Assembly (NCBI GenBank): GCA_965223665.1 | Contig: OZ245011.1 | Span: 2,400,001 to 2,464,000, forward strand | DNA: 64,000 nucleotides | Source of the DNA: Nitrospinaceae bacterium | GTDB lineage: Bacteria > Nitrospinota > Nitrospinia > Nitrospinales > Nitrospinaceae | Reading direction: 5' to 3' | Shown here: positions 37,991 through 46,916 of the stretch, piece by piece | How the letters are laid out: each line of letters opens with the position of its first letter | Position numbering within the stretch: the first letter of the stretch is position 1 | Notes under the pieces: model-generated | The model's database searches: none | Told to the model about the DNA's origin: nothing | Seen by the model: the letters and a program-made list of their open reading frames with translations, nothing else | Position numbers and translations under genes: made by a program

Positions 37991-38776
37991 CTACAGTCCA
38001 TTAAAATCTTCGGTCATTCGCTCTAGTTTACTTGGGTAAGTAAATAATTCACTATCCTTTAAACCGATTTCATTTAGCAAACGAATGAAATAATAGTAAT
38101 TCATACCACGTTTTAAAGAAGATAATGCCTTTTCAACATACTTTTCTTCTAAACCAATAGGAACCAATCCTTCACAATACTCAGCAGGGGTGTATTGTAA
38201 AAACTTTCGATTCATAGAAACTATTTCCTGGCTTGAGAAAGACTTGACCTGCATTTTTCTCCTATCATCTTTTATTTCCAATTCAATGAAGTGTATGCAC
38301 TTTTCTCTAAGGATCAAACCCCTTTGCCAAGGTGCTAATTGATCCCATGATCCTCTTATTTGGTCCGGGATGATTTGTTGAGATTTATAAATTTTTTCCA
38401 ATTCTTCATCATAACGTTCGGCACGTACTTTTTGGAGTACTTTTCCTAATTCCATCTTTTCTTGGGAAAATTGTTTTCTAAATTCTGCGTCACTAACCCA
38501 TTTTTTTTTCCAACGGCGGTACCGATTCATATACGCTTGTTCGAGGCTTAAATCTTTTAGCACCATGAATTTATGGTAAGCCTTGATTAAATGAAAACGA
38601 TAACCCTCCTCTAAAATTGAATTAAATTCATAAGAGTCCTTTCTTTGCATTTCCATTAAAATATCCCAGTTCCATGCAATGCTTGCTCCAGTTCCAATAA
38701 GTAATAAAAAAAATAACTGAAATATTTTTTTAAAAACTTTTTTAATCGTATCCATTTGGATTTTGGGAATTGGCAT
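37991..38776 (-). CDS. Hypothetical membrane-anchored protein
   Basis: 261-codon ORF filling the gap. N-terminal TM helix, charged helical body. Confidence 0.7.
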   Translation of the reverse strand: MPIPKIQMDTIKKVFKKIFQLFFLLLIGTGASIAWNWDILMEMQRKDSYEFNSILEEGYRFHLIKAYHKFMVLKDLSLEQAYMNRYRRWKKKWVSDAEFRKQFSQEKMELGKVLQKVRAERYDEELEKIYKSQQIIPDQIRGSWDQLAPWQRGLILREKCIHFIELEIKDDRRKMQVKSFSSQEIVSMNRKFLQYTPAEYCEGLVPIGLEEKYVEKALSSLKRGMNYYYFIRLLNEIGLKDSELFTYPSKLERMTEDFNGL

Positions 38777-38949
38777 TTCAACTCAGAATAATATAGAAAC
38801 AGAAACGTCCCTCAAGGACTATTAATAAAAACCAATTACTTTTACTTGTCGGTAGAAAAATGTATTGGGTTAATGGAATAATGTGTTTAAAACTAGGATA
38901 GGATAAAAAATAAAGGCAGGAAATATTTTTAGTCGAAAGATGTGCATTT

Positions 38950-40506
38950 TTAATGCTTGAAATGACGAATACCGGTAAAAATCATTGATATTCCATGTTC
39001 ATCCGCTGCTTGAATTACCTCTTTATCTCTGATGGAACCCCCGGGTTGAATTATTGCTGTGATCCCATTTTCAGCCGCTGTGTCAATGGCATCTCTAAAC
39101 GGAAAGAAAGCATCTGAAGCCATAACACATCCCTGAACAGGTTTATTGGCTTTTTGGACTGCTAACCTTGCTGAATCCACTCGACTCATTTGGCCTGCAC
39201 CGACCCCAACCGTTTCAAAATTATTTGCATATACAATCGCATTAGACTTCACATGTTTTGCAACTATCCAAGCAAACTTTAAGGACTCTATAGTCTCTGC
39301 ATCGGGTTGTTTATGTGAAACGACTTTTAACTGATCCGAGTCAAATGTAATCTCATCAGAGTTCTGAACCAGCAATCCTCCTCCAATACGCTTTAAATCT
39401 AGTCGGGATGTTTTTTCTTTTACACCCTCTTCAGGCATTTCCATGACTCGAATATTTTTCTTCTTTGAAAACAAGTTCAAAGCCTCAGGTTCATAACCCG
39501 GTGCAATAACTACTTCTACGAAATTTTTTAAAATTTCTTCAGCAGTTTTAGCGTTTACCCTTTGATTGAATCCTATGATTCCACCAAAAGCAGAAGTAGG
39601 ATCTGTTTCCCTTGCCTGAATAAACGCCTCCGTTTGGTCTTTACCAATTGCTACGCCACAAGGATTTGTATGCTTTATCACGATTGCTGAAGGCAATTCA
39701 AATTCTATGGCCAATTCCCATGCGGCCTCCATGTCGATATAATTATTAAAAGATAATTCTTTCCCCTGCAACTGCTTTGCCTGGACCACATCTCTTTTTC
39801 CAGGTTGGATTTCACCATACAGGGCAGCTCCCTGATGCGGATTTTCTCCGTAACGCAATTCCTGAATCTTTCGATACGACTTTTGAAACAAATTAGGAAA
39901 CTCACCACATTCACCCACCTGATTTGTTAAGTAATTAGAGATCATACCGTCATATCGTGAAGTCATTAAAAAAGCATCTCGACTAAGTCTTTGTCGAGTA
40001 TTTAAAGTAATTCCTCCTTCGTTATCATCCATTTCCTCAAGCACCAAATCATAATCGATTGGATTCACAACTACGGTGACGTCATTATAATTTTTAGATG
40101 CAGACCGGACCATAGCCGGACCTCCAATATCAATATTTTCGATGGCATCTTCTAGGGAACAATTCTCCTTGGAAATAGTCTCCTCAAAGGGGTAAAGATT
40201 TATTACCACCATATCAATGGGCGAAATCCCATGTTGCTCCATTGATTTCATATGAGACGCATCATCCCTTTTTCCTAGAATTCCTCCATGAACCTTCGGA
40301 TGTAGAGTTTTTATACGACCATCCATCATTTCTGGGAATCCCGTGTAATCCGAAATTAGAGTAACTGGAATTTGTTGTGACTTTAGTAATTTTGCTGTTC
40401 CGCCTGTAGACAATATCTCTACTCCTCGACTATGCAGACTTTTAGCAAACTCCACAATATTAGATTTATCGGACACGCTAATCAGTGCCCTTTTGATAGG
40501 TTTCAT
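38950..40506 (-). CDS. purH: Bifunctional AICAR formyltransferase / IMP cyclohydrolase
   Basis: [46 protein letters not shown]. Confidence 0.98.
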   Translation of the reverse strand: MKPIKRALISVSDKSNIVEFAKSLHSRGVEILSTGGTAKLLKSQQIPVTLISDYTGFPEMMDGRIKTLHPKVHGGILGKRDDASHMKSMEQHGISPIDMVVINLYPFEETISKENCSLEDAIENIDIGGPAMVRSASKNYNDVTVVVNPIDYDLVLEEMDDNEGGITLNTRQRLSRDAFLMTSRYDGMISNYLTNQVGECGEFPNLFQKSYRKIQELRYGENPHQGAALYGEIQPGKRDVVQAKQLQGKELSFNNYIDMEAAWELAIEFELPSAIVIKHTNPCGVAIGKDQTEAFIQARETDPTSAFGGIIGFNQRVNAKTAEEILKNFVEVVIAPGYEPEALNLFSKKKNIRVMEMPEEGVKEKTSRLDLKRIGGGLLVQNSDEITFDSDQLKVVSHKQPDAETIESLKFAWIVAKHVKSNAIVYANNFETVGVGAGQMSRVDSARLAVQKANKPVQGCVMASDAFFPFRDAIDTAAENGITAIIQPGGSIRDKEVIQAADEHGISMIFTGIRHFKH

Positions 40507-40512
40507 TTAATT

Positions 40513-40692
40513 TTAAATTCGGTAGTTTTTCTTTTTGGGCGGGTCTTTGCTTATTAGAAATCCAGGGGTGATCATTTGGATAATTTTTAATAACCACACC
40601 GGAAAAGAACCAATGGTCTGTAATAAACCAGGTTGTTCTGCCTGACTTTGAGATTTGGTTTTTGCTGCGTCGTGTTTTGGATTTTCTTCCAT
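40513..40692 (-). CDS. Small 59-aa protein immediately upstream of purH (not in ORF track)
   Basis: ATG 40692 to TAA 40513: MEENPKHDAAKTKSQSQAEQPGLLQTIGSFPVWLLKIIQMITPGFLISKDPPKKKNYRI. Stop is 6 nt before the purH ATG. Confidence 0.6.
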   Translation of the reverse strand: MEENPKHDAAKTKSQSQAEQPGLLQTIGSFPVWLLKIIQMITPGFLISKDPPKKKNYRI

Positions 40693-40839
40693 ATCAATTC
40701 ACACCCAAGGACAACCAAGAAAAAATATTCACGGTTTAAGGAGGTGGAATATTACTATTTTTGCCGAATTTTGGAAAGCAAAAAAATAAGGGGTCAAAGT
40801 ATTAAAGGACCCCAGCAAAATAGAAATGGCATAGCCCTT

Positions 40840-42639
40840 TTATTTCAATAACAAACCACGAGTAAACTGCCAGTCAATTTTAGAATTAAAATCCAAACGT
40901 CCAAAGTGTACTTGTAAATTTTGAATACTTTGATTGGCTAATTGGTTTAAATGTCCCAGATCCGAATCAGTCCATGCCAAGGAGGTTGTTAATAATTTTT
41001 CACAAAATTTCTCTACTATCCCTGAATCAACAATACGGATATCCTGTTTATCCCAATTATGTTGGAAAATGGCTTGCAAAAAAGCTCGACCTCCTTCTTC
41101 GAGAATAGGCTCGCATGAAATTTCATTTAACAATGTAAACCGCGCTAAGGCAGTAGTGAAAAAATGAATCATATCAAAATCATCTTTGGAAGTTGGAAAC
41201 TTTACCTCTTTCACAAAACCATCTATTTTTTCCAAAGACAAATCGAAGCTCTGACGGGCAAACCTTATATAAAATCTTGACTGAAAAATAAAATTTTCTA
41301 ATATTTGAATATCATTAATGGATTCCAGGTTTCTCCAACTTACTTCGGTTGCATCCTCCTCATTTGAAAAGGTAACTGCCATCTTAGGGAACCGACCCAC
41401 TAATGCTGCTAAATGCTCCATAGCCCAAGCAGGAAGTACATATTCCAATAGCTGGCCATTTTCGCGAATTAGTTTTTCTCCTTCCCATTTAAGTCTCATA
41501 ATTCCTGTATGGCCCATTTGAAATAAAGACTGCATCCAGGTTTGTGTAAGTAATTTATGTCCTTTTTCCACGTCTCCACCTGCTCCCAATTCCAAACCGA
41601 TGTTTATATAACCCAAAACTTTTCGCATTGTATTATGTCGGTTTTCTAGAACAGATAAGTCCAATCTGTCGGCTACCATGACTTTATTTGACAAATAAAC
41701 CAACTCCCAACAAATAGCATCTAATCGTTGAATGCCATTCAATTTATTTAAACATTGGCCAAAAAAAGATGAGGAATTTATATCTTCAAAAGGATAACTA
41801 GGTGGAACTAAACAATTGGAATGTAGAGCAATAAAATCTTCGTTTTTTGGAACCTCTACTTTAAAAGCCTCGGGTTTAAGTAAACTGTAAACTTCCATAG
41901 CTTCATCATAAGAAGGTATTCCTTTTTCCTCAGTTCTAGAGAGCAACCAGCGATATGCCGTCTCTACGGTTGGGGTTACCTGATACCATATAACTGCATC
42001 CATCAAAGCAAAAAATAATTTTGGTGTTTCTGAAAAAAGTATTTTAAACACCTTTTTGAGGATAGGCTCCACATCTTCAACTTTAAAAAATATTTGATGC
42101 ACTCCATCAGGAGAGAAGTGAGATTGTTTTTCATATTCTGAAGTAAGGTCAGGCTCATCATCCAATTTTTTTACAATTATCAGAGCTTGCAACAACATAA
42201 CTTTCTGGTCAAAATCTTCCGTCAAAAACCACTTAAATATACTTTGATCATTGGCTTGATTCATTAGATCAAGCCAATGAATCGCATTTTTTGGATTGAA
42301 TTTGTCTGCATTCCACCACTCTAAATCAAATATATACTGGAGTTGAGTTTGGGTAATCACTGCCAATACTGGGATAGAGTCTTCCTCACCTACGTCCTTA
42401 ATCATTTGGTAAACTTCTTCCTCTGGTAAGGAACGGGCCAATTGAATTGCTTGGGGAGACAGCACTAACAAAGCCATTTTGAAACGCCCTGAAACTAGCT
42501 GAAGACACCTTGCTTGTTCCTCCAAAGTCATTTCAGAAAGAATAGACTCAATTTTTCTCGGATCACTTTTGATCCAATCAAGTGGAAAAGGAAGTGCCTC
42601 TTGATTTAAGGGGTTTAAACTATTGCCATTTTCTTCCAT
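40840..42639 (-). CDS. DUF6178-like conserved hypothetical protein
   Basis: QLQYIFDLEWW..D, E.AYRW...R.EEKG.P.YDEA..VY, L.NKVMVAD, GYINIGLE, LFQ.G. Confidence 0.7.
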   Translation of the reverse strand: MEENGNSLNPLNQEALPFPLDWIKSDPRKIESILSEMTLEEQARCLQLVSGRFKMALLVLSPQAIQLARSLPEEEVYQMIKDVGEEDSIPVLAVITQTQLQYIFDLEWWNADKFNPKNAIHWLDLMNQANDQSIFKWFLTEDFDQKVMLLQALIIVKKLDDEPDLTSEYEKQSHFSPDGVHQIFFKVEDVEPILKKVFKILFSETPKLFFALMDAVIWYQVTPTVETAYRWLLSRTEEKGIPSYDEAMEVYSLLKPEAFKVEVPKNEDFIALHSNCLVPPSYPFEDINSSSFFGQCLNKLNGIQRLDAICWELVYLSNKVMVADRLDLSVLENRHNTMRKVLGYINIGLELGAGGDVEKGHKLLTQTWMQSLFQMGHTGIMRLKWEGEKLIRENGQLLEYVLPAWAMEHLAALVGRFPKMAVTFSNEEDATEVSWRNLESINDIQILENFIFQSRFYIRFARQSFDLSLEKIDGFVKEVKFPTSKDDFDMIHFFTTALARFTLLNEISCEPILEEGGRAFLQAIFQHNWDKQDIRIVDSGIVEKFCEKLLTTSLAWTDSDLGHLNQLANQSIQNLQVHFGRLDFNSKIDWQFTRGLLLK

Positions 42640-42859
42640 ATATTTATTGAGTAACTAAGAAATGATTTGAACAAAATTTTTTAAAATTAATTGATTTCAC
42701 TTATCTTAACTCTGTTTGCCCATAATTATTGAGAAAATTGAATAAATTATCATAGTTGGCCGTTGAATGAGCGACCCGTATACTTTTAAAATTTTTAAAT
42801 ATACTATAAAATTCTATTGAACCTATACAATATCCCAAAAATTTAAGGTAATAAAACAA

Positions 42860-45391
42860 TTGAGTGCGCCCTCAGAAAATAAAAGCAAATTAGAGCTTCT
42901 TGAAGAAATTGAGTCGTTACAGCGAAGGGTATCCCAATTAGAAGCCCAGAATCAAGAGCAACTCTCCTTACAAGATAAGCTTCAAAGAGAAGCCACAACA
43001 CTGCAAAATATACTGGAAAGCCCCTCTGCTATTTCCATCATTGGAACTGATATAAATGGAAACATTTTATTTTGGAACAAAGGGGCAGAAAATATGTTGG
43101 GTTATACGGCAGAAGAAGTTGTAGGAAAAAAAAACATTAGTCTCCTTTATCCCAAAAGTGATCAAGTTACTGAAACTATTAAAAAAGTTAATCAGCATTT
43201 ATTAAATAATAAAAAAGGAATCACTTGTGAAATTGAAGAATTGACAAAGGCAGGGGTTCGACTATGGGTTCGATTAACGCTATCTCCTCGATTTGATAAA
43301 TATGGCGATGTGGTGGGGTTCCTCGGGGTTGGAGAAAATATTACTGAACGAAACAAAGCTGAAATGGCCCTTGAAGAACAAATGGATCTTTCTGCCTTTA
43401 GTGCTCAAATTGGAGCTACTGTAGCAGCAAGCACTTCTCTTCAAGATATCCTACCCCAATGCGCAGAAGCCATTAAAACTTTCTTTAGGGCGTCGCAAGT
43501 ACGAATTTGGTTATACTACCCCCATGACGACTTTTTAGAAATTCAAGCCAATGCCACTGATCCACTAATCCCTTTACCAGAAAATCAAATTCCTCTTGGA
43601 AGTGGAGCCACCGGAATTATTGCCAAGAACCGAAAGTTTTTTTATACCGACTCTCCATATTCAGAAACTTTACTAAAACCCGATGTTTCCTGGATGAAAA
43701 AAGCCAAAGTGGTGTCTTACACTGCCTATCCCTTGGTAATTGATAATCAACTTTTAGGAATATTGGAATTATATTCAAAGACTACTCTGACTAATGCCAT
43801 GATGGGGGGTTTGGATACAGCTGTATCAGATATTACTGTTGGAATTGACCGCATAAAAACCTTTCATGCCCTTCAATCAAGCGAAGAGCGCGTACGGTCT
43901 ATTTTGGCTAATTCTTTAGAAGGAATTATCACTTTTTATGGAAACGGTTCTATTTCTTCATTAAATCCTGCTGCCCAATATATATTTGGACACAAGGAAA
44001 AGGAAATCAAAGACAAAAATATACGTTTGTTAATTCCTGAATTGTTTGATGAGGATCCCAATAAAAAGGAAAAAATTTTTTCAACAAAACGAAATATAGT
44101 CGGGCGTGTCAATGAAATGACAGGGAAACATAAAAATGGTTATCGATTTCCCATAGATTTAGCCATTAGTAAATTAAAAATGCCCGAGCGCAGGAAAAAT
44201 CCCCGAACGAAATCAAATGAACCCCCAATACTTTACATAGGAATGGTTCGCGACATTACAGAGCGAAAACGATTTGAAGGAGCTCTTCGTAATGAAAGAG
44301 ACTATACGGCAAGAATTATTGAGCGTACCCCTTCTCTTGTAGTTGGAATGTCATTGGATGGTCTTATTCGATTCACAAATCCTTCTGTAGAAAAAACCAC
44401 AGGATATAATGCTTTAGAAATGATAGGAAAAAATTGGTGGACTTTAATGTTTCCTGGAAACTCATTTGATCAAGTTCAACAAATAAGAAGTCTAATGGAA
44501 AAAGGAACTGTACGTAATCATGAAATGACCTTAACAACGCAAAGTGGGGAGAAGCGAACTGTCGCCTGGAGTATTATTAACCGATTTAATGAAAAGGGTC
44601 AATTAATCGAAATAATTGGTTTTGGAACAGATATTACTGAAAGAAAAAAAGTTGAGCTGGATTTGATTCATGCTGCAAAAAAGGCAGAAGAATCCAGTAG
44701 ATTAAAATCTGATTTTCTGAGTATTATTTCGCATGAATTAAGAACTCCCCTTACCGTTATGCTGGGAAACACTCCTTTACTAAACAAAGCAAATGACCTC
44801 CCTGACGCGCAGGAGATTGTTTCCATTGTTGAGGAAATAGAAAATTCTGGCAAGCATCTATTGTCTTTGATTGATGATCTTCTAGACTTCTCAAAACTAG
44901 AAGCAGGAAAAATGGCATTAAACTGCAATCGGTTTTCTGTAAACAATTTAATACAAGATGTAGTCTTTAGCATCCAAATATTGGCAAATCAAAAAGGAAT
45001 TTCAATTAAAACCCAACTTGAGGATTTAGAAGTCAATGCTGACCCTGTTCGCCTCAAACAAATTATTTATAATTTATTAAGCAATGCGGTCAAATTTACG
45101 GACTCCGGAGAAATCCTCGTTAGCGTTTTTCAAAATGGGCGGAATATCTATTTTGAGGTGAAGGATACGGGTTGCGGTATAGCTGAGGAGAACTTCACGG
45201 TTATTTTTGATGTTTTTAGGCAAGTAGACGAATCGGCCACTCGCGCTGCCTCGGGTACGGGGTTGGGATTAGCAATCACCAAAAAATTAGTAGAAATGCA
45301 TGGAGGAAAAATTTCTGTTTCAAGTGAATTAGGAAAAGGAAGTACATTTACTTTTTTTATCCCCTTAAACCTTAAAAACCCCACCTTATAA
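42860..45391 (+). CDS. Cytoplasmic PAS-GAF-PAS-PAS sensor histidine kinase
   Basis: Three [ND]ITER[KN] PAC ends, GAF region, SHELRTPL H-box, NLLSNAVKFT, DTGCGI, GTGLGLAI. Confidence 0.93.
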   Translation: MSAPSENKSKLELLEEIESLQRRVSQLEAQNQEQLSLQDKLQREATTLQNILESPSAISIIGTDINGNILFWNKGAENMLGYTAEEVVGKKNISLLYPKSDQVTETIKKVNQHLLNNKKGITCEIEELTKAGVRLWVRLTLSPRFDKYGDVVGFLGVGENITERNKAEMALEEQMDLSAFSAQIGATVAASTSLQDILPQCAEAIKTFFRASQVRIWLYYPHDDFLEIQANATDPLIPLPENQIPLGSGATGIIAKNRKFFYTDSPYSETLLKPDVSWMKKAKVVSYTAYPLVIDNQLLGILELYSKTTLTNAMMGGLDTAVSDITVGIDRIKTFHALQSSEERVRSILANSLEGIITFYGNGSISSLNPAAQYIFGHKEKEIKDKNIRLLIPELFDEDPNKKEKIFSTKRNIVGRVNEMTGKHKNGYRFPIDLAISKLKMPERRKNPRTKSNEPPILYIGMVRDITERKRFEGALRNERDYTARIIERTPSLVVGMSLDGLIRFTNPSVEKTTGYNALEMIGKNWWTLMFPGNSFDQVQQIRSLMEKGTVRNHEMTLTTQSGEKRTVAWSIINRFNEKGQLIEIIGFGTDITERKKVELDLIHAAKKAEESSRLKSDFLSIISHELRTPLTVMLGNTPLLNKANDLPDAQEIVSIVEEIENSGKHLLSLIDDLLDFSKLEAGKMALNCNRFSVNNLIQDVVFSIQILANQKGISIKTQLEDLEVNADPVRLKQIIYNLLSNAVKFTDSGEILVSVFQNGRNIYFEVKDTGCGIAEENFTVIFDVFRQVDESATRAASGTGLGLAITKKLVEMHGGKISVSSELGKGSTFTFFIPLNLKNPTL

Positions 45392-45442
45392 ACTTTTATA
45401 TAATTCAGTTGGTAACTTGCTTAAAAGATAATATATAATTTC

Positions 45443-46222
45443 TTAACCTTTAAGCATGGCCAAGGTAATATTTCTTCCAGTTTGTCCTTCTTTCCTATAT
45501 GAATACCATCTTTCATTATTACAAGAAGTACACTCCCCAATTTGGAATATATTTTTTCTATTAATCCCCCTTTCCATGGCTTCCAATTGATTTATTTTTA
45601 ATAAATCTAACAAATATTTTTTAGAGGAGGTTTTTTCGGCAATATCTTTAAGGGGAAACGCCCTTTCTAAAAAGGGTTCAACACAAATTTCATCAACCTC
45701 ATAACATTGTTTGCATATTCCGGGTCCTATTCCCAAAACTAAATCTTTGGGAGAAGATCCAAACTTAAATACCATTTTACCAATGGTTTTGGATAAAATT
45801 TCATTCTGAGTTCCCACTCTCCCAGCATGAACAACTCCAATTACATGGCGCACCGGATCAAACAAAACAATGGGAATACAATCTGCGGTCATAATTGCAA
45901 TGGGAATTTGAGTTAGTTGAGTCACTATGGCATCTGCTTCGATTTGAGCCGTGACTTCGGGTAGAGTATTTCTATCTTGAAGAACATAAACTTGGTTACT
46001 ATGAATTTGATTTACGAAATGAATAATTTCACCCTGAATCTTTAGTGATTTCAAAAGCCATTTTTGATGCATTTGATTAATATTTTTTGTTCCAAGTCTT
46101 CCTAAATATAATGGAATAAAATCTTTATTAGAGGTATTAAAACTTCTTGGAGTGAAACAATGAAGTAAGTTTTCATGTTGTTTTAATTTATCAATAAAAT
46201 GAGTTTCAATGAAAAAATTCAT
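45443..46222 (-). CDS. pgeF: Peptidoglycan editing factor / purine nucleoside phosphorylase YfiH family
   Basis: QIHS, ADAIVT, TADCIPI, HAGRVG, GPGIC..CYEV, CT.C....SYR. Confidence 0.9.
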   Translation of the reverse strand: MNFFIETHFIDKLKQHENLLHCFTPRSFNTSNKDFIPLYLGRLGTKNINQMHQKWLLKSLKIQGEIIHFVNQIHSNQVYVLQDRNTLPEVTAQIEADAIVTQLTQIPIAIMTADCIPIVLFDPVRHVIGVVHAGRVGTQNEILSKTIGKMVFKFGSSPKDLVLGIGPGICKQCYEVDEICVEPFLERAFPLKDIAEKTSSKKYLLDLLKINQLEAMERGINRKNIFQIGECTSCNNERWYSYRKEGQTGRNITLAMLKG

Positions 46223-46437
46223 AAAAAAATTTAATTTTTTTTTATTAATGAAAACGTAAACCTTTTGTTATATTTTTTTTTAACAAATAATTAAAAAATT
46301 TTTCAATACCCTGTTTCCGCCTTTATTGACAAGGGATTTTAAAGCATACGTATTTTAAATCATTTTTTTGGTTTTTTTTTAAAATTAATGACTAATTTCA
46401 ACAAAAACCCCTAACCCCTTTTTCAATCAATATTTTC

Positions 46438-46465
46438 TTGACATTAAGCGAGTATAGAATAAAAT
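46438..46465 (+). promoter_or_regulatory. Sigma70-type promoter of histone-like gene
   Basis: TTGACA-N16-TAAAAT, predicted TSS ~46472. The track's TTG start is this -35 box. Confidence 0.65.
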
Positions 46466-46521
46466 ACATACGATATTTGGGCGCTGAAACAAACCAAATA
46501 TTTTTTCGAAAGGAGTTCTTG

Positions 46522-46722
46522 ATGGCAACCAAGAAGAAAGCAAAAAAGAAAGCAGTAAAGAAAAAAGCTACAAAGAAAAAAGCAGTGAAAAAGAAAGTAG
46601 TAAAGAAAAAAGCTACAAAGAAAAAAGCAGTAAAAAAGAAAGCAGTAAAGAAAAAAGCTACAAAGAAAAAAGCAGTGAAAAAGAAAGCAACAAAAAAGAA
46701 AGCTGCCAAGAGAAAAAGATAA
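46522..46722 (+). CDS. Histone H1-like, lysine-rich nucleoid protein (66 aa)
   Basis: AAGGAG SD 6 nt before ATG 46522. MATKKKA + 11 x KKK[AV][VTA] + KRKR. 40 of 66 residues are K/R. Confidence 0.85.
   Translation: MATKKKAKKKAVKKKATKKKAVKKKVVKKKATKKKAVKKKAVKKKATKKKAVKKKATKKKAAKRKR
46542..46707 (+). repeat. 15-nt coding tandem repeat with 45/90-nt higher-order period
   Basis: AAGAAAAAAGC(A/T)-type units. 46542-46597 is identical to 46632-46687. Confidence 0.9.
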
Positions 46723-46764
46723 GTTTTTATTCTTGTAAAGCTTTTAATTTAATTTTTCATTTTC

Positions 46765-46797
46765 AAAATTATTCCTTTTTAAAAGGAAAATTTTTTT
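46765..46797 (+). terminator. Weak intrinsic-terminator-like hairpin after the histone-like gene
   Basis: TTCCTTT-TTA-AAAGGAA stem (extendable by AAAATT/AATTTT) followed by T7. AU-rich, so probably leaky. Confidence 0.4.
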
Positions 46798-46916
46798 CAG
46801 AAATAAAATTGGTTTTGGATTCAGCGCCCAAAATAGCATTTTGTTTCCTGCCTCTCCTAACTCCTACAAATTAAATAATCAAAAGTTTCTTTTATTAATA
46901 CTTGCCGGAATCTTCT

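Larger units (their letters stand above)
46476..46832 (+). repeat. Long-range inverted repeat bracketing the histone-like gene (5'UTR-3'UTR complementarity)
   Basis: TTTGGGCGCTGAA (46476-46488) / TTCAGCGCCCAAA (46820-46832) perfect 13 bp, plus AAACCAA/TTGGTTT and further imperfect pairing inward. Confidence 0.85.

Noticed and set aside
40507-40839. ZTP or purine riboswitch upstream of purH
   Set aside because: No recognisable aptamer core by eye, and most of the gap is a small ORF. An Rfam/Infernal scan would be decisive.
46542-46707. CRISPR-like array
   Set aside because: Contiguous coding repeats with no unique spacers and no cas genes.
46398-46709. 103-aa Phe-rich 'membrane protein' on the minus strand
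   Set aside because: Antisense shadow of the Lys repeats (AAA/AAG read as TTT/CTT). Promoter and SD support the + strand gene.
46476-46832. tmRNA or 6S RNA (paired ends enclosing a reading frame)
   Set aside because: No T-arm/CCA end, pseudoknots or tag peptide. The interior is an SD-led repetitive CDS.
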